In this document: positions 1 through 6,652 of the stretch, piece by piece
Layout: each line of letters starts with the position of its first letter
How positions within the stretch are numbered: the first letter of the stretch is position 1
IMG/VR virus record: IMGVR_UViG_3300017705_000302
Coordinates: 1-24,775 of that record
Strand: one strand, 5' to 3'
Length of the DNA: 24,775 nt
Source of the DNA: a virus
Taxonomy: Duplodnaviria > Caudoviricetes
The notes under the pieces: model-generated
Told to the model about the DNA's origin: nothing
Database searches by the model: none
Seen by the model: the letters and a program-made list of their open reading frames with translations, nothing else
Made by a program: the position numbers and the translations under genes

Positions 1-1
1 T

Positions 2-358
2 GATGAGAAGGGTGATGTAGATTACAACACAAACGACCTTCCGAAAAACAATAAAGCTAAGAAAGGAAAGCCTGTAAAAGAAGGTGTAGAAGCTATGGAA
101 GCAGAACCAGAAACCGAAGAGGAAGCTCCGGAGGAACCTACGGAAGAGGAGGCTGATGCAACTGCCGAGGAAGAGCAAGCAGAAGGCACCCAAGACGCTG
201 CTAACAACAGTGAATGGAGGGACTTAGTCACTTCTCTAGAAGATGTTACTAAAGAAATCGACCTAAATTTTAGTGATGACACCGAAGAAGAGCAGGAAGA
301 GGATGCAGCGGCAGGTGAAGGTGAAGTACCTACTCCTCCACAAGATAGCCCTGCTTAG
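2..358 (+). CDS. 3' part of a protein with a highly acidic low-complexity C-terminus (truncated by the window start); possibly head/scaffold-related
   Basis: The frame is open from position 2 (DEKGDVDYNTNDLPKNNKAKKGKPVKEGVEAMEAEPETEEE...) to TAG at 356-358, so the ATG at 95 is probably internal. The tail is Glu/Asp/Ala-rich. Function is a guess. Confidence 0.7.
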   Translation, partial: DEKGDVDYNTNDLPKNNKAKKGKPVKEGVEAMEAEPETEEEAPEEPTEEEADATAEEEQAEGTQDAANNSEWRDLVTSLEDVTKEIDLNFSDDTEEEQEEDAAAGEGEVPTPPQDSPA

Positions 359-563
359 TCCAGTTAATAATATTATCTACACAGCTAGAACGCAGTATAA
401 GGAGCTCGGATATTAAGTTATCCAGCTCCTTTATTGTTTGTTCGTTAACGGTTTTTCCTTTAGCTTTCATTTGCGTAAGTGTTTGGGACATAACAGTTAT
501 ACGTTCCACCATTTGAGGCGTTAATTGGTTTAATTTTTTTTCTTCTTCTTTTTTATTTTTCAT
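330..563 (-). CDS. Small helical hypothetical protein (77 aa), translationally coupled to the helicase
   Basis: ATGA overlap with the helicase stop (560-563); amphipathic helical pattern (IKELDNLISELLIL). Confidence 0.6.
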   Translation of the reverse strand: MKNKKEEEKKLNQLTPQMVERITVMSQTLTQMKAKGKTVNEQTIKELDNLISELLILRSSCVDNIINWTKQGYLVEE

Positions 564-1909
564 TTTTTAATCTCCATTCCTAGGGATTCGTAGGATTTAA
601 TCCGCTCCTTGGCGTGTTTTTCTAAATAAGGCGCTCTATCAAAGAAATCGTAGATAAATACGCGATTTTTAGATTTGTGAATACGCAAAGCTCGTCCAAG
701 AGCCTGTAACGTCGCAATTTCGGACTTCAACCCACGTGCATTTATGAGGTGAGTAATTTCCGGGATGTCGATACCTGTCTGCATAATCGTAGTACCTATT
801 AAAACTGAGATAGAATCGTCTTTGAAGGCGTCAATCGTCTTCTTTCTCGCAGTCAAATCGTCCTTCCCCTCTAATTTGAAGGAATTCGGGATACGCGAAT
901 GCAAAATCTCAGCATGTTTAAGGTCTTTAACTATTATAAGTGTTCTAGATTGTTTTTGTTGTATCTTTTCTACTAATTCTACGATAATATCGTTACGTAT
1001 ATCGTTCTCTGTAACAAACTTTTCGTACACCTCGCGGTAAGAGAGCTCCGTATCCTCCACCGTCCCCGTATCCTTTACAGGGATTATCTGAATAAGGGGT
1101 TCGGTAAGGAATCCTTCGTCAATAAGACCTTTAGCATCCACCTCCTCTATGACCCCGCCTAACCCCGATATCAGATTTAGACGACTCATAGGGTCTCGGG
1201 GTACTGTGGCTGTCATGCCAATCCTATAAGCAGCATTAGGAAAAGACTTTATAACCTTAGTCGCAACCTTTCCTTTGGCGAACTCATGCACCTCATCAAA
1301 GATGATGAAGTCCGACTGCTTGAGGTGGGTATCAATAACCTTGTCAATGGACTGAACGGTACATAAGGTCATGGGTTTGAGTATTACTCCGTCCCCGAAG
1401 GCTAGACCTACGTCAATTCCCCATTCTCTAAGCTCATCATACGTTTGTTTAAGTAGCTGCTTCTTGGTAAAAAAGATTAGACCGGTTTTCCCTTCTAGAG
1501 CTTTAAGCAATCCTCCCAAGATAAGAGTCTTTCCCGCGCCCGTAGGCGCCTTAATAATACACCCTTTAGCATTTAAAGCCTTCCTGACCATAGATTCTTG
1601 GTAATCCCGTAAGGTTATCCCGGGTAAAGAGATATCGTCAGAGTGGGTAGTAACCCGTAAATCCTCTATTTCATAGTCCATCCCTAAATAAGTGAGGTCT
1701 TCCTCAATATGAGATAAAAGACCGGTTCCGAATTTCCCTGTTTTGTCAGAGAAAAAGTGCTTCTCCCCACTCCACCCGCCTTTTTTGTAGGCAGCGGAGT
1801 AATTGTAGCCAGGAACCTTCGCGCTATATTTCTTTTTTAAAGTTGTTAAAAGCTTTTTATTGCTTGTTTTTAGAAAAGAAACATTATTTTCAACAATAAT
1901 TTTTAGCAT
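560..1909 (-). CDS. uvsW: UvsW-like superfamily 2 DNA helicase
   Basis: Q-motif LRDYQ, Walker A APTGAGKT, motif II DEVH, motif III TAT, motif V TGIDIP, motif VI QALGRALR. The N-terminal KYSAKVPGY..SAAYKKGGWSG segment resembles T4 UvsW. Confidence 0.9.
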   Translation of the reverse strand: MLKIIVENNVSFLKTSNKKLLTTLKKKYSAKVPGYNYSAAYKKGGWSGEKHFFSDKTGKFGTGLLSHIEEDLTYLGMDYEIEDLRVTTHSDDISLPGITLRDYQESMVRKALNAKGCIIKAPTGAGKTLILGGLLKALEGKTGLIFFTKKQLLKQTYDELREWGIDVGLAFGDGVILKPMTLCTVQSIDKVIDTHLKQSDFIIFDEVHEFAKGKVATKVIKSFPNAAYRIGMTATVPRDPMSRLNLISGLGGVIEEVDAKGLIDEGFLTEPLIQIIPVKDTGTVEDTELSYREVYEKFVTENDIRNDIIVELVEKIQQKQSRTLIIVKDLKHAEILHSRIPNSFKLEGKDDLTARKKTIDAFKDDSISVLIGTTIMQTGIDIPEITHLINARGLKSEIATLQALGRALRIHKSKNRVFIYDFFDRAPYLEKHAKERIKSYESLGMEIKK

Positions 1910-1912
1910 ATC

Positions 1913-1931
1913 ACTATTATAGTATAATAGT
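1913..1931. promoter_or_regulatory. Palindromic bidirectional promoter: TATAATAG on both strands
   Basis: ACTATTAT-AGT-ATAATAGT is a perfect 8-bp inverted repeat in the 43-bp gap between divergent genes. TATAAT lies at 1923-1928 (+) and 1921-1916 (-). Confidence 0.6.
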
Positions 1932-1952
1932 TCCCAACTATTTTAATTAAAC

Positions 1953-2879
1953 ATGTCAAAACCCGAAAAAGAAAAAAGTCTTATAGAGCTCGCAAGAGAA
2001 CATATGGAGACCGCAGGTGCAAAGCCGGAAGAAGGAGTAAGTGTTCCGGAAGCGCCCGTAGCCAACAGACCTCAAACTGAGCCCGTCACTCCTATTCATA
2101 AAGAACACTCTACACCTGGAGAGGTTCCGGAAGCAAAAGAACATTTTGATGGTAAGTTATCCGATGCGGTAGCTAATCTTCTGTCTAATGTTACAGAAAC
2201 CCAAGATTGGAGACCTTTGAAACTTCCTTCCCGAGGAAAGGCGTATGTTGATTGTGATGAAAGTATTATGATTAAACCCTTTACCTTTGCACAAGAACGT
2301 AAGTTGCGTGGTATTAAGAATGCAATACACGGAACTAAGGTTATTAACTCCCTTATTGACGACTGTGTAGAAGGCTTAGACTACGAGGCTATGACCTTGG
2401 AAGATAAAAATTATATTCTTTTTAAGCTTCGCGAGATTTCTTATGGTGATGAATACACGATTACAGCAGAATGTGGTAGTTGCGCTTCAAATAACAAGTT
2501 AACGGTTAATATTTCAGAGGTTCCCGTTAAATACACAGAGGATGATTACCAAGAGCCCTTTGAAATTACCCTACCAGATACTCAACAGGTAGTTAAGTTT
2601 GTTAGCCCTCGCTGTAAAGATGAAAAGTATTTCGATAGTGCTGAAAAACTAATCGATAACCTATGGCGCTTTGCATTGTCCGTTGGTGAGTACAGTGAGC
2701 AGAAAGTATTAAAAGCTTTTTTTGAAGCTACTACTGTAAAAGATTTGGCATACTTTCGTGAACACATTTCAAAAGACCGGTATGGTATGAATAAAGCCAT
2801 GTCGTTTGAGTGTGCAAATTGCGGGGAGGTAGCGGAAAGTCTTATTCCGTTCACTGAATCTTTTTTCTCAGTGAGCTAG
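1953..2879 (+). CDS. gp26: T4 gp26-like baseplate hub assembly / tail assembly chaperone (short, unshifted product)
   Basis: LKLPSRGK..IKPFT..QERKL, D..YILFKLREISYG, two CxxC pairs (CGSC, CANC) and a C-terminal SFF, all typical of gp26-family proteins. Confidence 0.8.
   Translation: MSKPEKEKSLIELAREHMETAGAKPEEGVSVPEAPVANRPQTEPVTPIHKEHSTPGEVPEAKEHFDGKLSDAVANLLSNVTETQDWRPLKLPSRGKAYVDCDESIMIKPFTFAQERKLRGIKNAIHGTKVINSLIDDCVEGLDYEAMTLEDKNYILFKLREISYGDEYTITAECGSCASNNKLTVNISEVPVKYTEDDYQEPFEITLPDTQQVVKFVSPRCKDEKYFDSAEKLIDNLWRFALSVGEYSEQKVLKAFFEATTVKDLAYFREHISKDRYGMNKAMSFECANCGEVAESLIPFTESFFSVS
2861..2867 (+). other. -1 programmed ribosomal frameshift slippery heptamer T TTT TTC
   Basis: An X XXY YYZ heptamer in the correct phase (codons TCT TTT TTC), three sense codons before the TAG. 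A 7-bp stem begins 7 nt downstream. Confidence 0.8.
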
Positions 2880-3046
2880 ACGCCCGAATCTCCGGTCTAG
2901 CGACAGAAGCTTACTACTTAGTAAAACATGCGAGGTTCAGTTACCGAGATGTGATGCTTATGCCTGCCATGGAGCGGGATGAGTTTTTGGACTTATTAAT
3001 TGAAGAGAATCAAAGAGAGAAAGCGTCTCTTAACTCCCTAAATAAG
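2867..3046 (+). CDS. gp51-like C-terminal extension reached by -1 frameshift (59 aa; predicted fusion about 364 aa)
   Basis: The -1 frame reads LSELDARISGLATEAYYLVKHARFSYRDVMLMPAMERDEFLDLLIEENQREKASLNSLK then TAA (3044-3046). It resembles the L..H..(F/Y)S......MP..ER motif of gp51-like proteins. An in-frame TGA at 2855-2857 rules out an upstream start. Not in the ORF track. Confidence 0.75.
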
Positions 3047-3052
3047 TAAGAG

Positions 3053-4066
3053 ATGACTAAATTCAACGGCGTTACTGTAATCCAAAGAGGCAATAGACCT
3101 TCACCTATCATTCCAGCTAAACTGGACTTCTTCAATTATGTTGCGGGGGAGCTAAATGACCCTTTTCAGGTCTGCTCAGTTCAGATTTTCCCTAACACTG
3201 ACTTTGGGACGGCATCCCCATACGTAAACCAAACTCCCGGGGATACTAATTATGGGTTAGTTAGCTCAACAGCTACTAACATAGTATTTCATAACTACAA
3301 GCGAGATTCATTAGGCAACAGAATTGGGTTTGATGCTAATGTAAGTGCTTGTGTTGCCGAGACCACTTATGCAGGAGATTTAAGGTACTCAGCCAGCTCT
3401 ATTTTCGGGGGCGCGAAACACGGTAAGCCGGGTCATTTCAGTGTGATTCTCCAGCCTAGCGGAGTCTACTTCCCCACTAGCGCGGGAGCAACATGGGACC
3501 CGAGGTACAACAACAGCGCTTCTGCAACCGGGGGATATATTGATATTTGGACTATTGTCCATACTGAAGGTTCTAGAGCTCAGATTTATGTAAACACTTT
3601 CAGTATGGATACGGCAAATGCGTTCGGCACCACAGAACCACTTGAAGTTACTACTACCAATAAATTGATTCAGAGATACGTACAACTAGGAAGCAAGAAA
3701 AGGCTCCAAATCCAGACGCAAATTGTCGTGGACAATGAACCTATCCAACAGAGCTTACGAAATCTAATGGAAACAGGCTCCTTACTATCCAACCCAGAAA
3801 TCAGTATTACTAAATTGAACGAAAGTCCGATTTTGGATAGTCGAGTCCAACTTACAGGAACTGGTACAGTCGGCGGATTTACCTCGGAAGGAGTGTCTAT
3901 TGATAGCCAAGGAACGATAAGTTATGCATGGGATACAAATACGATTGCGCCTTTCTACACTGATGAGCAACTTGGCGGAGCCATGGGGGTTTATGAAGTA
4001 GCCGTCCGGTATAATGTCGCAGGGGAAACTATCGTCAGCCCTAGATTTAAGTTAATAGCGAGGTAG
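3053..4066 (+). CDS. Hypothetical beta-rich virion protein, probably with Ig-like/BppU-like beta-sandwich domains
   Basis: 337-aa ORF rich in Thr/Ser/Gly. The C-terminal GTISYAWDT...GVYEVAVRYNVAGETIVSP looks like an Ig-like strand pattern. Confidence 0.55.
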   Translation: MTKFNGVTVIQRGNRPSPIIPAKLDFFNYVAGELNDPFQVCSVQIFPNTDFGTASPYVNQTPGDTNYGLVSSTATNIVFHNYKRDSLGNRIGFDANVSACVAETTYAGDLRYSASSIFGGAKHGKPGHFSVILQPSGVYFPTSAGATWDPRYNNSASATGGYIDIWTIVHTEGSRAQIYVNTFSMDTANAFGTTEPLEVTTTNKLIQRYVQLGSKKRLQIQTQIVVDNEPIQQSLRNLMETGSLLSNPEISITKLNESPILDSRVQLTGTGTVGGFTSEGVSIDSQGTISYAWDTNTIAPFYTDEQLGGAMGVYEVAVRYNVAGETIVSPRFKLIAR

Positions 4067-5033
4067 CATCTAATTCCCAATCTGCTTTAAAGATGTTGGC
4101 ATAAATATAGGTTTCGAAATCCCTTCTTTTTGAAGCTATCCAGAAATCATTCCAATCTTTGAATTCCTTTGGCGGTGTTAGGGAGTATATGTCTTTGTTT
4201 CTTTGTGCTAGCATTCTTTTACGAGCCTCATAGAAGCCCTCTCTTCCACTTTCGTCATTATCATAGGCGAGGATGACCCTCTTACCTTTAAGCTCCTTAG
4301 CTTGGATTGTAGACATCTTACAGCCTTGTGTACAAGTAGCATTGAATCCTGCTGCACGGAGGGACATGGCGTCTAAAGGACCTTCGGTAACCATAACATA
4401 CTCTTTAGTTTTATCGTATGGGTACAAAATTTCGGATGTCTTAATACCATAAAGACCCTTACTTGGATTTAAATACTTAGGGTCACGATTTACCAGCGTC
4501 CGCGCTTGAAAATAAAAAGGTTTTCCTTTCTCCGTAAAATATGGAATAATAATCCGTTGAAAATACCGCCCAGTACGTCCTACGTAAAACTGAAAAGAGG
4601 ATAACTTACGCTCCATGGCGAACTTAGACGCAAGACGTTTGAGATTACTCGGCGAATTGATATCGGATTTAGGGTTAACCTTCAACCATTCCTTACTATC
4701 ACCTTCAATTGTACGAGTAACCTCAATCGCTTGGTTATCTACGTTTAATGTAGATACATCAAATAGGTCTGCACCAGCATCAAATGCCTTTCTTTTCATA
4801 AAGTTGCGGGCGGAGACATACGGGACATTCTCAATATGGGACACGAGGTGAATCAGATTCCCCTTTTCCCCTGATTTGAAGCAAGTCCACAGACCACTCT
4901 CAGTATTAACATATAGCTTCTGTTTATTATCGTCCGTGAATATAGAATTTACTCGAAATTCCTGTCCAGCCTCCTGAAACTCAGGAAAGTGCTCAGAGAG
5001 ATAAGTTTTGATTATGGAGGCTGGGACGAACAT
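4047..5033 (-). CDS. DnaG/T4 gp61-type DNA primase (TOPRIM) with a degenerate N-terminal zinc-binding domain
   Basis: RIIIP, FQAR, PKYLN, TOPRIM VTEGPLDAMSL, YDND (DxD) and KDWND motifs. Confidence 0.9.
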   Translation of the reverse strand: MFVPASIIKTYLSEHFPEFQEAGQEFRVNSIFTDDNKQKLYVNTESGLWTCFKSGEKGNLIHLVSHIENVPYVSARNFMKRKAFDAGADLFDVSTLNVDNQAIEVTRTIEGDSKEWLKVNPKSDINSPSNLKRLASKFAMERKLSSFQFYVGRTGRYFQRIIIPYFTEKGKPFYFQARTLVNRDPKYLNPSKGLYGIKTSEILYPYDKTKEYVMVTEGPLDAMSLRAAGFNATCTQGCKMSTIQAKELKGKRVILAYDNDESGREGFYEARKRMLAQRNKDIYSLTPPKEFKDWNDFWIASKRRDFETYIYANIFKADWELDATSLLT

Positions 5034-5039
5034 CAGTAT

Positions 5040-5048
5040 ATAATAGCA
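5040..5048 (-). promoter_or_regulatory. Extended -10-like element (TGcTATTAT) 6 nt upstream of the primase ATG
   Basis: The minus strand reads GC-TG-C-TATTAT-ATACTG-ATG. Confidence 0.45.
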
Positions 5049-5089
5049 GCCACAACCCCCAAAAAAACGCGCTATTACCGAGAAAAAAA

Positions 5090-5110
5090 TGCTATAATAA
5101 CTAATAAGGA
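5090..5110 (+). promoter_or_regulatory. Extended -10 promoter (TGcTATAAT) and AAGGA ribosome-binding site for the nuclease gene
   Basis: TG at 5090-5091, TATAAT at 5093-5098, AAGGA at 5106-5110, ending 8 nt before the ATG at 5119. Confidence 0.55.
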
Positions 5111-5118
5111 CTAAAATT

Positions 5119-5904
5119 ATGTTTATAAATAAAGTATCCCCAAGTAAGATAAAGGTTTACGACGAATGCAAGCTGAAGTATAAATTCAAGTACGTCGATT
5201 ACCTCCCTGAGAAGTCTACCAATACCGACGCCTTGCAATTTGGTTCTTATATTCATAAGATTTTCGAGGATGGTGTAGCAAGCACCACGACGGATGAGCT
5301 AAACGAGATTGCCGATTCCTTGCGAGCTAACTATACTTTCGACAAAGAGCGGGAAATGAAGATTGAAAAGTGTATAAACAACTTTTTTGCATTTAATAAC
5401 TCTCTTTCTTCTTGTGAACAAATCTCAACAGAGCAATTTTTTGCCGTTGAACTTAAACAAGGATACGCAGTTAATGGAATTATTGACCGTATAGTAAAAA
5501 GCCCAGACGGAAGCTACCTTGTAATTGATTACAAGACGAGTAAAAGAGCCTCTACTAGAAGGGAATTGTTTAATGACCCTCAAATGCTTCTATACGCTTA
5601 CGCGGTATCTGTACTCTACACAGTACCAATCTCGTCAGTAACCTTATCCCACTATTACCCTCACATGGACAAATTGGTTCATGTTAAGTTTTCTGAGCCT
5701 CATGTTTTAATGTACATGAAGAAGCTGACACAGAAAATTTGGGAGATTAGGAAGAAAAAAAAGGATGAGTTTTTCCCTCAAATGAACCAGTATTGTGACT
5801 GGTGTGGTTACAAGGATATGTGTCCTAAGTTAAATCCTACAGCTCACTTAGCTGAGTATACTAAGGCACTTAAAAATAAGAAGCCTAGACAAGCTAAGAA
5901 GTAG
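5119..5904 (+). CDS. PD-(D/E)XK nuclease of the RecB/AddB/Cas4-like family with a probable 4Fe-4S cluster
   Basis: SPSKI..YDEC, G..IH, E, GIIDRI, IDYKT, QMLLYA and C-terminal CDWCGYKDMC (1+3 Cys arrangement). Confidence 0.88.
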   Translation: MFINKVSPSKIKVYDECKLKYKFKYVDYLPEKSTNTDALQFGSYIHKIFEDGVASTTTDELNEIADSLRANYTFDKEREMKIEKCINNFFAFNNSLSSCEQISTEQFFAVELKQGYAVNGIIDRIVKSPDGSYLVIDYKTSKRASTRRELFNDPQMLLYAYAVSVLYTVPISSVTLSHYYPHMDKLVHVKFSEPHVLMYMKKLTQKIWEIRKKKKDEFFPQMNQYCDWCGYKDMCPKLNPTAHLAEYTKALKNKKPRQAKK

Positions 5905-6205
5905 ACTCAGCTTTCATTACGAAATACTTAGGGTCTTCATATATAAGAGGATAATAATCCTCTATACAGACCAGCTCAAAGAAGTTTCTTACTTCTTTAA
6001 TACTGTATTTATGTTTTTTTGTATTCGCTGATACAAGGGTAGATAACTTAAGCGGTCTTTGTGTTTCTAAAGACTTTAAAACTTTTTCTTGAAATATTTC
6101 AATGAAGTGTGTAGAAAACCTGTATCTCCATGTTTCTTTAAATTTTAAAGATAAACAGTAATTTATTTGTTCCATGAATTCGCTAAGACGTATTGAATCA
6201 TCCAT
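5894..6205 (-). CDS. Hypothetical protein (103 aa)
   Basis: Fills the gap between two plus-strand genes, has an AT-rich upstream region and a plausible helical composition. Confidence 0.6.
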   Translation of the reverse strand: MDDSIRLSEFMEQINYCLSLKFKETWRYRFSTHFIEIFQEKVLKSLETQRPLKLSTLVSANTKKHKYSIKEVRNFFELVCIEDYYPLIYEDPKYFVMKAESTS

Positions 6206-6230
6206 AATTTATATTTTATATATAATATAG
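6206..6230. promoter_or_regulatory. AT-rich divergent promoter region
   Basis: TATAAT at 6221-6226 on +. On the minus strand TAAAAT lies 7 nt before the ATG at 6205. Confidence 0.4.
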
Positions 6231-6259
6231 AGAAACCTTAACCAGTTCTGACGTAAAAA

Positions 6260-6649
6260 ATGGCAAAAATTTTAAAAACCACATATTTGGGCACCACCCA
6301 GAAACTTCCTAAAAAGGAAGACGTAGAAAAACAGCCGAAAATGGCAGCTGATGGCTGTTTATTTACCTTTTACTACCGGTCTAAAACAGCTACTGACCCT
6401 CATCCTTTCATTATTATGATTTCTCCAAAATGGGTCGCTAAAAAAACAGGGCATTCTTATTTTACAGGAGTTAATTTAAATGATTTTCCTTCTGATACTG
6501 TACAGGAGCTTGTTCAGGATTTCGGAGGTTTACCCGTTGGGTCCGTATCGTACGCCGACATATTGTCTGCGTCGGACTATGACCCAAACTGCTGCATCAG
6601 GACGTATAACGTAAATAAAGTACGCGCCCTACATAAAGTAGGGACATAA
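6260..6649 (+). CDS. Compact T4 gp2-like DNA end protector protein
   Basis: G.LFTFYY..K, D.HP.I, F.GVNL and C.RTY....V match the pattern I recall for gp2-family proteins (G..Y.F.Y, D.FPL, F.GLNLHY, C.K.Y...HV). Confidence 0.6.
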   Translation: MAKILKTTYLGTTQKLPKKEDVEKQPKMAADGCLFTFYYRSKTATDPHPFIIMISPKWVAKKTGHSYFTGVNLNDFPSDTVQELVQDFGGLPVGSVSYADILSASDYDPNCCIRTYNVNKVRALHKVGT

Positions 6650-6652
6650 GTT

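Noticed and set aside
22-282. Ser-rich minus-strand ORF, and the other short nested ORFs in the track (e.g. 765-1040, 4615-4851, 12589-12996, 21655-21852, 23372-23641)
   Set aside because: All lie within longer, motif-supported genes on the opposite strand or in another frame, with no independent support.
2823-2830. GGGGAGGT SD-like sequence upstream of the slippery site as a frameshift stimulator
   Set aside because: It is about 30 nt upstream, well beyond the ~10-13 nt spacing of SD-stimulated -1 shifts, and is explained by the Gly-Glu-Val codons.
2877-2900. TAG readthrough or TAG-recoded genetic code
   Set aside because: Reading through the gp26 TAG hits another in-frame TAG at 2898-2900. 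The long genes are intact under the standard code, so there is no sign of stop-codon reassignment.
2951-3046. Independent small gene starting at GTG/ATG near 2951-2960
   Set aside because: It would encode only about 30 aa, lose the first half of the gp51-like motif, and has no ribosome-binding signal.
5119-6259. CRISPR-Cas locus suggested by the Cas4-like gene
   Set aside because: No direct-repeat array or other cas genes are visible, and the intergenic gaps are too short to hold an array.
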